DNA of 20,000 nucleotides, from positions 61,812 to 81,811 of the forward strand of contig KZ538336.1 of the NCBI GenBank assembly GCA_000934665.2, in the 5' to 3' direction. The position numbers and the translations under genes were made by a program. Under the pieces are notes generated by a model. That model was not told the origin of the DNA and made no database searches. It worked only from the letters and a program-made list of their open reading frames with translations. Of the stretch, positions 1-11,330 are shown one piece after another. This DNA comes from Catajapyx aquilonaris (Eukaryota). Each line of letters opens with the position of its first letter. The stretch's first letter is position 1.

Positions 1-345
1 ACGATCAAACGTCCAACCGAATAAATGATGAAACGGTCAAATGAGCAAATGACCAAACGATCAAGCGATCAAGCAAGCAAGCAAGGAAGCGAACAAACGA
101 ACAAACGAACAAATGAAGAAACGATCAAACGACCAACCGAACAAATGATGAAACGGTCAAATGAGCAAACGAAAAACGACCAAATGAGCAAATGCCTCAA
201 GCGAACAAACGAACACACGATCAAGCAAACAAACGATGAAACGATGAAATGAAGAAAAAAAACGATCAAACGACCAACCGAACAAATAATGAAATGATTA
301 ATGATTAAACGACTAATAAACGACCAAACAAACAAACAAAGGACA
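1..345. repeat. Degenerate AAAC/AACG-based simple repeat/minisatellite with a higher-order unit of about 120-140 bp, in the GH1 intron
   Basis: ACGATCAAACG(T/A)CCAACCGAA(T/C)AAAT(G/A)ATGAAA recurs at 1, 121 and 262. It is built from 4-nt words (aaac, aacg, aagc, aatg) and lies 3' of the - strand GT donor at 445-444. Confidence 0.85.
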
Positions 346-445
346 GATCCTTCGACCTGATCTGACCTGATTGGTCTATTCCAACAGCAACGACCAAACG
401 ACATCCCGTGTGAACCCTCATCAATTTTCATTATTTTTTTTTTAC

Positions 446-623
446 CATCCTGATTCCAAGCTCCTTCAATCTGATACGCGGAGGTAGACACACCCCATGA
501 GAAGTCCTGAGGGAATGATCCGTACGTGTTGCCTTCAGGTCTACCGCACGTCTGACCCGAACTGGTCAGTGCCAGTCTGGTCAAAAGCAACAGCAATGGG
601 TAATGGGACCACTCACACGCCAT
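446..623 (-). CDS. First coding exon of a secreted glycoside hydrolase family 1 enzyme (beta-glucosidase / lactase-phlorizin hydrolase / myrosinase-like); gene continues beyond window start
   Basis: ATG at 623-621 gives MACEWSHYPLLLLLTRLALTSSG (signal peptide-like), then FPQDFSWGVSTSAYQIEGAWNQDG, the GH1 N-terminal signature F-x-W-G-x-x-T-S-A-Y-Q-x-E-G. A phase-1 donor G|gtaaaa at 446/445 falls inside the DG(KG) motif. An upstream acceptor (ctctctct...tttttcgtacag) starts the exon at 642, implying an upstream non-coding exon. Confidence 0.9.
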
Positions 624-3256
624 TGGGGTAGTATGTTGTAACCTGTACGAAAAATTGTGGAGAGAGAGAGAAAAAAAAACAGTAGTGACCTGCAATAATT
701 CCAGTTCAAGCCACCTGAAAAAGTTGCATAAAACAGACCTGTTACACTCTACAGTCCACATTTCTTCGGACATCAGATTGATGTCTTGTACCGTACGCAA
801 ATGTACGTGCATGACAACGTAACGCGCTCGTTCGGCTGCTGCACTTGCGGTTACCTTTTTTTATATATATTTAAAAAAAAATTGTGTAATAGGTTTTTCC
901 GAATTGCATACCAGAAGCTAATCATTACCGGGATACGTAATTAGGGAAGTTCGATCACGACAAACAGACGTGTAACAGGTCACGGTCAGATGATATAATA
1001 TTTTTGCGGGTTATGTCATGGTCATGTACCGTACGTAATTTTTTTTGTGTACAACCAGCCCTTTGTGCGCACATCATATTCATAATAGAATTGGGCAAAA
1101 ATGACTACATTACATTCGCATAAAATGCACATAAAACCTGATTCAATGTATGTCAATGCACTTACAACCGACCTATTTTCTATTAGTTCATGAATCATTG
1201 CTATTCAATGAGACTATTTGTTATGGTGACTGGTCATACTGGACTGATCAGCTCAACAATGTGAGATGTGGTTTTGCATTTTTTTTTTGAAATGGTACGA
1301 CTGGTCCAATAAATGCAGGGGTGGTCCATAGGATAAATTTGCACTGTGCATACTTTTATAAATTTAAATATTAATTGTAGTAATGTGCATCGTACTTATT
1401 TATTCTGTTTAGAAAGGACACAGTTTTTTTTTTCAAAAGTGTTTCAGTGGCCCCACCCTGTACACACACTGACCGATATGCATTTTTGAGTCTACAACAA
1501 TACCGTTAATTGCATGCATACTTAGGAAGCAAAAGTTCAACCTACTGGGCAATCGTTCCTATGTGAAAATGACACATTTTTTCTTCTTCTATAGAGTTAC
1601 GTGCTTAACATAATGCGCTTTCGGTTTTCAGTTTTCTAAAACAACTAGTACACGTAATAAGATAGTTAACACTAACAGACAATTTCGCACGTAACATGTT
1701 TGGAATAATCTTTTTGTTGACAGACTAAAAAAACAGTTAGACTCTTCCTGTGGGAAGGAAATGAAAGCGTCATGTGTCTGAAAATGCGGTTTTCCATTTT
1801 GCAGAAAAATGTTTTTGAAGGGAAAATTTTGTAGCATGTGGGTTGATTTATATATATTTTTTATTTACTGTACAATGCATCTTAGAAAGCTTCAACGGGA
1901 ATATATATATATTTTTTTGCTGATGTGCTAGACCACAATTCGCAAATTTTGGGAGTCCAATCATGCAGCCTACATTAAGCGAAACCACCAAATATTTGCA
2001 TATAAACTGACCCGGTTTAAGTTCAGGTCAGGATAACAAAAAAAAGGAGAGAGCAAAATGTTCATTGCCAAAAAAATTTGCAAAAAGTTAGTAGGATATA
2101 AGTAAAAATCGCATGGCTCTCTAACAATTGGACAAATCCCGTTATCGAAAGCTTGCGAATCTGTTCAGACATGCGTAGAAAGTTTTTGGCAAAGTCTTTT
2201 TAGCAGGTTTGTGGGTTGACAAACATTTTGATTTTACGGTCACATTTTCGCAAAAAAAAAATTAGGCTGATTCGCAATTGTATCCTCACTCGTATAACCT
2301 AAAGTCATAAATCTATTGTTGTAGAGTTTCCGGAATCGACTAATTGGCACAATTCGAGCTTGGTTTGAATTAACAATGAGAGGAACTGACACTTAAGTCG
2401 ATTGATACTTATTGGAAAAAAGAGGATTTGCCAACCTACCTTTCGGTCCAACACTTGCAGTAAAACGACGCACCATTTGTAGCACGGGTAATAAATATAA
2501 GTACAGGTAATTTGTAAGAACAATCGCGAATTAATATTGCTGACGTATCAGAAGCATTATGTGACTCGAGTTATATAAAAGAATATTTTGTTCCAATATG
2601 CTGCAAATATGAATTATCCCGCAAGTATGTCACTCCACATGACTGGCATTCAGGATCAATTATTCGTTAGCGTCACAAACAATAAGGATTGTTACTCTCA
2701 TGATATGTAATTATAGCTATATTGCATATTCATATTCCGAGCTATCAGCATGTGTTTGAAAATTACTAACTGTGCAACTTTGACCTCTTACCAAGCTTAC
2801 CTGTTATTGCGCAACTATCGGATTCTGCCCTAATGCGCTATATAACACTGTTGAGTGCAGATTAATACCATAAAAATTTTGTAATAAAAAAAACAACACA
2901 ACATACATTGTATCACGCAAGAAGACTCAGTTTCGGTTCGTGATCCTCTGCAATCTGTTGGCACCTCCTTAATGGCCATTGCACTTAGGTTTTTTAAGTG
3001 TATGTAAGTGTATGTCATTGTCAGGTAAATTCAAACGACAATGATCTGTAATAATTGACAATCCGCGATTTTGGTGGCTTTCAACCACTAATTTATATCC
3101 CATTGACCATCTCATTAGAGTTCACATCCCGATGCCAATGGACTTTCGCGATATTAGCTTCCGGGAAAAAGCTACAGAACCGAATATCCCTCACGCCCCT
3201 TTCCACTCATTTGATAAAAAAGAAAAGAAGAAGAAGAAGAAGCTGCTGAACCATCA

Positions 3257-3262
3257 TCAGTC
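3257..3262 (+). promoter_or_regulatory. Candidate arthropod Initiator (TCAGTC) / TSS for the chitin-binding protein gene
   Basis: Matches the Drosophila-type Inr consensus TCAKTY about 360 nt upstream of the ATG at 3620, at the transition into GC-richer sequence. No correctly spaced DPE or TATA seen. Confidence 0.4.
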
Positions 3263-3619
3263 GCAAGGAGGCGCGTGTGTAGGTTAGCGGTTCATCCTCC
3301 TAGTCTCTCTGGTTTTCGTGACGCAAAGCAGTGTTGGCAAGCCTCAAGAAGAAGGAGAGGCATGGCCCCCTATTGGCAGGTCAGAGTTGACCATTAAATT
3401 TAGTCCCCATTTTTTTAAAGGGGGGGTGGAGACGGAGAGAGTCGAGTGTCTGATAAAAGCTGGTGGTCAACAGGTTCTGAGGGACATAAGTTGGACAACA
3501 GGGCAACAGTGCAGTGTTTGTCGTTGGGTGGGGGCAGTGGCCCCCCATTGGATTTAACTTGACTTTAAAACACCTGACCACTATGGGATTAGTGCGATGG
3601 ACAGCTCACCATTGTTGAG

Positions 3620-3674
3620 ATGAAGACGGAACGATGGAGGAGGATAGGGGCTGTGCAGCTCCTGGTCCTCGCCG
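3620..3674 (+). CDS. Chitin-binding (ChtBD2) protein, coding exon 1 (first part of signal peptide)
   Basis: MKTERWRRIGAVQLLVLA followed by a strong phase-1 donor G|gtaagc. Splicing to the acceptor at 7971 completes a signal peptide: MKTERWRRIGAVQLLVLAGWLVVQSQA. Confidence 0.75.
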
Positions 3675-6600
3675 GTAAGCCCTTTTATCCTACTTCTCTT
3701 TCAACCGGATCTTTGCATCAAGGCCAACCCTCCTCTTCAAGCATATATTCACACGGAAACACTTTCCAGACCATTGTTGCGATGTTAAAAGATACGCTTA
3801 ATCTGCTAATCGTCGTTTAGAGTGTCGTTCATCCCAAGGCCTAGTTATTTGACCCGATCTGATTGTGTTTAAAAAAAATAGATGCCAAAGTGTTAATAGA
3901 AACGACAACAATGCTGACGTAATTGCAACCGGGGTCATTGTCACGGGCATGCAAATTGCATTGTCGCACTCTAAAAAGCTTGAATTAATTTGAATGGGAC
4001 TTCGTTTTCATATATAACGGCTTAACTCAAAAAAAGTGTATTATATCCAAGCAAACGTATGCAAATACTGTGCTCCTTTTCGCAACAATGCTGCTCAAAA
4101 TTGATATAAAAATTGTTGCTATTCTTTTCGCAACAATGCAGAGACTTCAATGCTGGAATAGGCTGGAATATAGTTGATATTTTTGCGGATATAATTTCAT
4201 AACCTGGATTCACTTTTTAACAATAAACGTGGCACAGAGTTGCGCAATTCCTTGCTTAGTAGCCTGTGGTCAAACTAGTTTTTTTTTTTTCGGATTGGCT
4301 TTCGTGGTCAGCCTCACCTTGCTTAGACCTCAAAAATCTTCAAACTGAATCGGATAAAAATTCCGCACATGATCAAATACTGAAGCGCGGGGTTTTTTTT
4401 TTGCTCAATTTGGTGCCAAATTACGTGCCAAAATCGCATTAAACTGACAATTGGCCATCGTGTAAATCGTGTTGGTTATAGTCCCATGCTCTCAATCCGT
4501 GACATTTTTCCGTCCTAGTCATTCGTTTGGAACAGTCAATCTTTTTGGGTAGGCCTATAGCAAATCGGGTGGGGAAGAAACAAAACACATAAAAAAAAAC
4601 GAAGGTAATAAGAAAAGTAGAACGAGATGGAATGTCTGGAACGTGGGATGAGAAAAATATAATTCAACAAACAAAACCATTAGAGTGTGAAACAGCCCCC
4701 TGTATATAACGAATATGTTAGAAAAAAAAATTATATAATTTTTTTAAATATAATAATAATACTGAATAGTATGGTTTGACGCACTTGGTGTATTTACGGG
4801 GAAGGAAGTGGAGTGAAGAAGATGACGCTGTGTTAACCCACTTTCTAGTCCAAGGCCTCCCAGAAACACTTTTTGCTTCGAGGATTTTTCCAGGTGTAAT
4901 ATTACACTCCGTCAACATGAAACTCACGTTGCGTAATAACCAACTCAGCAAGTAGCAGCAAAGGATGTGGGAAAAAAAATTGGGATAATATTATTAATAA
5001 CATATAAAGTCGGTGAAACGTGACCAGGAAGGGTGACTCTTTGATTGACAATAACGGTAACCTTGCATTTGTTTAAAAAAATTGTGCTGACACTAATATT
5101 ACAAATGGACATTACTAAGCAAAAACTGTTGTGGGCAGTATATTTACACAAAAAGGTTATTTATGATTGTCCAGTGCATCTGTAGAATGGTTACGGTTAG
5201 TTTCCAGGTGGCTGCCCAATATTTTTTTTTGCATTCCAAGAAGCGCTTTAGGAGCATCGGACGTGAAACGACTAGTAGTCTGTAAGAATATTTTAACTCA
5301 AAAGGGGTAAGCTAACAAGGGCACTATGCCTCAAATAAGTGTCATTTATGAAATACTTATTGTACTGTTAAAAATATTTGAATGGTCCAATATTGTTCAT
5401 CTGAAAGTTCATTCAACTAGAGATTTCAAGTGCTTTCTAATCCTTCCAATGCAGATGATTAATCAGGATGAAAATTACAATGAAATGTGACATCACGACT
5501 TCAATTTCCAAGAAAATTGCACCTTCCGGTACACATGACAAATTGCAACAAGTAAAAGGACATATGGTGCACCATTTTTTTTAATAATCCAGTTTCATAA
5601 AACTTTTTTTATGATAAGAAAAAGAAGAAGGTCGAGATAGACATCCTGTCCCTTTCTACTAGTGACCGTCCGCCTATCTTGTGTCCTACACTTTTTAAAG
5701 GTGCCTGATAACGCCCCGTGTGACCCTACGACCTAAATACTCCATGGACTTTTTCCAGATCACTCTCGGTGATGTGTCCGGAAGAGAAGGAACTGCTGCT
5801 GCAATTAACCGAGTGAAAACGGTCGCATGACAATTTACTATGAGGAGTTCATTGCCATGGGAAATATACTTTCCATCCACAAAATTTTTGCGAGAGGTCA
5901 GTTCTATTTGGACCTGTCCAGTTATATTGCAACTGTTTGATATAAAAGAAACGAGGAAAAGAGGTGAAATTGTATATCAAAAAAAGAAGGTGGTACCGCA
6001 CAATGCTGCATTGTTCTCTTGCTGATATGGATTACTATCTTATGCACGTTTGAATCTTACTGTGACACGATGCAAAATACTGGCCGTTACTAGTGTCCTT
6101 TTGATTGGTACTGTTACTTATTTTAATTTATCGGAAGTGAAAATTCCCGTTGCATTGTCGGTGATAAACAAGCCTATCAGTCATATTTATTTTTATACAT
6201 AGTGGTTCATTGCCCAGGCCCAAGTACTATATAATATATAGTACTTGGGGGAAAAAAATGTTTAGTCTGAACTTTTTTGCATATCAAGGTTTCACATGTA
6301 AGTCGTAAGTGACACACTATTTTTCCGCCACCTGCAGCTGAGTAATCCCGTTACTTCAAGACACAGCTAATTACCTATTTTAAAAAAAAGTTATCCTAAT
6401 TATCTGTAGACACTGGCCTGTAAATTCAGACAAGCTCGATCAAGATTCACCCTAAAAACATGGCGTAAATCTGTCATTTAAAGTAGATCTGTGCTGGTGG
6501 TGACCGACGGCCTTGAAACTCATGCAAATTTGTGTGTGTGTGTTTTTTTTTCATTAAAAATATCGGTACTTTGTAGACGTGTGTACCAGTCCGGTTGCTG

Positions 6601-7971
6601 TAAAAAAAATATCCGGAGTTTGAAGCATGTTCTTGACACTATACAGAAAAACTTGTGACAAGTGCATTTGCATTGAACTAGTTCAAGTGAGACTTGTTAT
6701 TCGGCACATGTGATGTCAAAATTTCAGAATTGATTGGTTTTTGCGAATATTTAATTGGCCAATTGGTGTGTGGAGGGGGGAGGGAGAAAAATTATGTGAA
6801 CAAATGATTGTGGGGNATTATTTTACCCCCAGATTTTTCCAGACGATACGGTTTGAATCCGGTCTAGAGGAACCGGCTTCCTTGCATTTGATGACCTGAT
6901 CTTTTGGACCAGAATTTTATCCTTTAACGGAACTTGACTTATGCAGACCGATGTTTAAGTATAAATAGGTTAGATTCTGAAGGGGGGGCTTAACACTGGT
7001 TGGAATGTGCAGGTTTGGTAATCATCACCTTGCCAAATAATGGGGGGCTTGCTAGATGTACAGGAAGCCAAAGTTGCATATTCAAGTCACGATTTTATTG
7101 ACCTCTTGTGAATAAAAAAAATAATTGGTAATTTACTCGATAAGTGATTCGAACTGTTTGCGGTGTTGCAATGTAATTCTGCTAATTAATTTATTTTAAT
7201 GAAAAATGTGCACTATTAGTCGCATTTTCTCGATAAGTACTTTAAACTGTTTTTTAAAAACATAATGTGTGTGATATAATACTGACTGACATTTGAATGG
7301 GAATTACGTGGGAAAATGCAAAGTGTTACGTGTTGTGTCAGCAGGGTTACGTGTGTGAAATATTGTCACGTAAATAGGTTCGTGTACAGTTATATAATTA
7401 GCATCTCTAGTTTCACCTGGTGAGCATGTTTTCATATGGAAAAAAAATATTTTCGCGCGATAATTATCAAAGGAAAGTGTGTCCAGCAAATGAACTGTTT
7501 ATTCCCTGCGTTTGTATTGTGGGGTGAGGGACAGGACAAAACGGTATATGTTTTTTGTCCGAGGCTAATGCACCTACATGACTCAGGGTTTATTTTTGGC
7601 CCATCCTACATACTCGATTAACCTTTTCTGTCCACACACACAAAAAAAGAAACAACCTGTCCTAGATTGTTGCCATTACCAGGATGCTCAATTCGATCAG
7701 CAATCCATCACAATCTTCAGCGACAAAAAGGTGTTCCAGTTTGCAAATTAAAGGGGTGTCTCATAGGTAACACCCTCAGAAATACTTTGTTGGGTGACCA
7801 ACAAAAAATGTGGGAAGAGGAACATGAGAGATTGTTTGTTCTGAGAAAAGATTTTGTTGGATAAGTGACTAATATTGTGGAAATTAATGAACATTAGAGA
7901 TGATCAGGCAAGGTTTGTTCGGTCGTTTGTTCGGTTACCATTATTATGATTAACTTATTTTTATTTTTCAG

Positions 7972-8106
7972 GCTGGCTGGTGGTCCAAAGCCAAGCAGTG
8001 TGCGTGATGGAGTCAGATAGGGGTTTCAAGCTAGCATGTGGCTTCAAGCAATCTGGACTTTTTCGGATACGAAACCTTGGTGGCGTAAAAGGCTTTTTTG
8101 GAGCAG
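7972..8106 (+). CDS. Chitin-binding protein, coding exon 2 (phase 1-1)
   Basis: Acceptor ttatttttcag (AG 7970-7971), donor CAG|gtaaac, 135 nt, open frame: (G)WLVVQSQAVCVMESDRGFKLACGFKQSGLFRIRNLGGVKGFFGA. Confidence 0.8.
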
Positions 8107-8256
8107 GTAAACTCATTACTACATTTTTTTCAAATATAGGTCTGGCGACTTAAAGAAACGGTACTTTCTCAGTACATTTTTAGTGGGGGGGACTCATCAC
8201 GCGATGATGTAATCAACACAAACTCGACCCCCTTTTTTGGTTTGTTTCTTATGTAG

Positions 8257-8369
8257 GATTTCAAATAGGTGACGAGTCAGGGTTCAAGGAGTCCTTGACC
8301 AACGCAGATGCCAGGACATCCACATCTAGGACGAGGTTTCCTGCTGGTCAGGTCAAGAGATATGATGTG
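8257..8369 (+). CDS. Chitin-binding protein, coding exon 3 (phase 1-0)
   Basis: Acceptor tttgtttcttatgtag, donor GTG|gtatgt, 113 nt, open frame: (G)FQIGDESGFKESLTNADARTSTSRTRFPAGQVKRYDV. Phases match both neighbouring exons. Confidence 0.8.
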
Positions 8370-8548
8370 GTATGTTGACCAATCGGTTTATTGAATATGG
8401 TAACCTCTGTCGAATTTCATCTTGCATGTCGGTGTAACGGATTTGCGGTTCTAGTAATTCACATGGTTGTTTTTTTTTGATTGACACGTTCTCGCTAAGA
8501 CTGGTTTTTACAGTCGTTCCTAGATTACTGATTGCATTTACATTACAG

Positions 8549-11176
8549 GCTCCAGAGATTACGTCCAAAGTGGGTCGTGCTCCAACTGCACTGGACAGGA
8601 GGAGATACTCGCCGTACCATCAACAGGCTTCATACCTTCGCCCTGGAGCACATTTATCACAATTGCGTAGACCATCGCCGTACTTAGATCCTTTAAATGC
8701 ACCGCCACCGCCTCCGCCTCATTTGGTCGAAGAAGGTGGTCCGATCATGATGGTACCGATGGGTCCGTCATCCAGAAAAAGACAGGTCAGCAGACCAAAG
8801 GACATTCAGGAGCAGTACCAGCAGCACAGTCCATCGCCGAATCGTCCTCAACACTACCATCACCATCACCATCACCACCATCACCATAGGATGAGGCCGA
8901 ATAGGAGACAACCGGTACCACCACCACTGCCACATGATTCACAACCAGAGCATGTGATGTCGGTGCAGAAGATACTGCACCATGATGGTCACGACCATGC
9001 GAGACCACGGAAGAACAAGCAGCGATTTGGAAACAACGGATTACATGAGATTCAGCCTAATGGACACCAAAGGCCTCTGCCGAACTTCAGACCAATGCCT
9101 GGCAGTAAAAGGACCACGACCTCTAGACCTGTGACCCATAGGCAGAAGGTGGTTCGCTACAAGGTCACCAAAAAGCCGGCTGTTCACAAGGACGAAGACA
9201 TGGTTCCTTCGGAGGATCTGCCTCTTCCTGCCGTGCTGTACCCTGTGACTTCAGTGGTGCACCAGGGAGTCACAAATCCTGAGAGAGAGAGCCTTCAGGT
9301 TCTTCAGCTGATGCACCAGTCACTTCCGGCAACATTCGATGCAACCACGACCACAACGACCCTTCCTCCTTGGGTTCCACAGAGGCCGACCAGATCCCAG
9401 CAAGTACGGCCTGGTCATCCTCACTATCCGGCGTACAAGCACGAGCCAAAACGGAATCTGGAGAGCCACAGGATAACACAAAGCACCGAATCGACACCAA
9501 TACCTGACTCAAACACTAGGATATCCATCGTCACTCCGAACTCCGTGGCGGTCAATCCATACCGGCTGCCAGGACTGGAGGAATCACAGTCGTACAGAAA
9601 CGCCACGTACATGGTCAACGACCACCAGTTCTCATACCCAAAACAGCAAGAAGAGCACAGGGTGTACAAGCGACCCATGACACATCAGGAAGAACCGAGT
9701 GTGGTGTACACAAAAGTAGAACCACCTTTGCAGCACCACCACTTTTTTGAACCACAGAAGCTGTCGGCACCTCCAGAGGCGTTCAGTTACGAGAACCCGC
9801 CTCCGAAGGAACCTAAAAGTCCTATGAAACACACTGCACCATTTGATGACCAGGACTACTTCGCCATGCAATCGGAGGATAAAAGGACAGATCCGGCCCA
9901 TTACTTGAAGCTGAAGCCTGTCAGTAACTATCGTGAGCCGTTGAACGAACCAGCACCTCAGACCAAACCAGAGCAGCTGTATTCCTTCCAACAGAATCAG
10001 TACATGGGAAGCGTACCCATAGTCACACCACAACCACCTACAACCCTATCACCACAAAGCCATCTCCATCAGTACCTCAAATTCCCGAAGCAACCGCCAG
10101 TTTTTGAGACAGAACCGAAGCAGGTGTTGCACCAACTTCAGCAGCATCATCCAAGTTTGACTCAGATGGCAAACCAGTTGAACATATCCGATTTTGCGAT
10201 CCAGCCTAGTAATCTGGTGTACCAAGGATCGACTGTGATTATGCCAGGACAGCCGGTACGCGAAGAAGCGCAAATGGTGATACCCAGCAACTTACTGTTG
10301 CACAACAACTATCAGCCGGTTGCTCAACAGACTAAGCTGTCGCCATTAGATGCTTTGGGAGCATTTCCAGTCGGGTTTCAACAGCCGTCGTACTTGGACT
10401 TACTTCGACAACCGCAAGATCCGTTGATACCGCCGTTCCAAACAATGCCAAACACATCACCGCTTAGACGTCCGTCGTTGCCGTCGTTGCCACCTTTGAG
10501 TGCGTCAGGCATTGGTGGCACTTCAGCATCAGCTTTTCAGAACCTGCTGAAGCTTTTCGAGAAACCGACAACCACACCGCCCCCATTGCTTCCGTCCATA
10601 TTCGGCAGTCAGTCCTCACCAATAGGCTCACTTCTGGCTTCATTCGGGAAGACGCCGACGCCAAAGACGCACAAGCAAGGGACGCCTGCTGTCACACCCA
10701 CGCCATCGACAGGCTCAAAGCAGCCTGGAGCACTACCTCCAGAGTTCAGAACCATGTTGGCCCACGCTGTGATGCGAAACCCGGAGCTGAGGAAGATCAT
10801 CCTGTCCACTGAGAAAGGAGCCAGCGCACTCAGGAGCGCTCTTCTGGCCCAACAACACGAGGTTCAGAAACAGAAGCAGAAGGAAAAGCAGCAGCAGCAA
10901 CAACAACAGTCGAAGATACCAGACATGCAGAGTCTGGCCAGCTCCGTGTTTCCCATGTTGAAGCAATCCGCATCCTCTTTGTTCGAGAGCATCGTGCCTC
11001 CAGTGTCCGGTCCCAAGAAGAGGAGCCTGGACGTCCGGAAGGCTCCTGACGGCTTCTATCCTGAAGGACTCAGGTTCTCTCCTGAAGGAAAGCATATGTC
11101 GATGGACACCAACTTTTACTGCAATCAGCAGGAGCACTTCCCTGGACTATATGCGGATGAACAGCTCCATTGCAAG
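8549..11176 (+). CDS. Chitin-binding protein, coding exon 4 (2628 nt; Pro/Gln/His/Thr-rich low-complexity region plus first part of ChtBD2)
   Basis: Branch-like ctgat and acceptor tttacattacag (AG 8547-8548), phase 0. 876 open codons within the 8477..11389 ORF. Ends FYCNQQEHFPGLYADEQLHCK at the canonical donor AAG|gtgagt. Confidence 0.9.
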
Positions 11177-11191
11177 GTGAGTAATCTAACA

Positions 11192-11330
11192 CACGATTCA
11201 AACAATGATTCACACGATTCAGACAATGATTCAGACAATGATTCACACGATTCAGACAATGATTCAGACAACGGTTCACATAATTCAGACAATGGTTCAC
11301 ATGATTCAAGGATTCACATGATTCAGACAA
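11192..11330. repeat. Intronic minisatellite of GATTCAGACAAT (12 nt) and GATTCACAC/T (9 nt) units
   Basis: About 13 GATTCA-headed units read directly, inside the 235-nt intron 11177-11411. Confidence 0.9.

Noticed and set aside
25..252. 75-aa repetitive + strand ORF
   Set aside because: Translation of the AAAC/AACG repeat within the GH1 intron.
69..812. 247-aa - strand ORF as a complete protein
   Set aside because: Only 446-623 is GH1-like. The rest is read-through into flanking introns, and the hydrophobic tail is the translation of a simple repeat.
4076..4139. 16-bp direct repeat CTTTTCGCAACAATGC (4076 and 4124)
   Set aside because: A small local intronic duplication with no further structure.
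4770..4955. Open + frame with RKWSEEDDAVL...ASRIFPG, faintly Myb/SANT-like, containing a 14-bp palindrome (4894-4907)
   Set aside because: No upstream ATG or good acceptor, the later conserved Trp residues are missing, and it lies within an intron. Probably chance; an HMM search would settle it.
6816..6816. Single ambiguous base (n)
   Set aside because: An assembly ambiguity in an intron; no effect on the gene models.
11192..11330. CRISPR-like appearance of regularly spaced repeats (also 1-345 and 17767-18380)
   Set aside because: The units are contiguous without unique spacers, the context is eukaryotic, and there are no cas genes.
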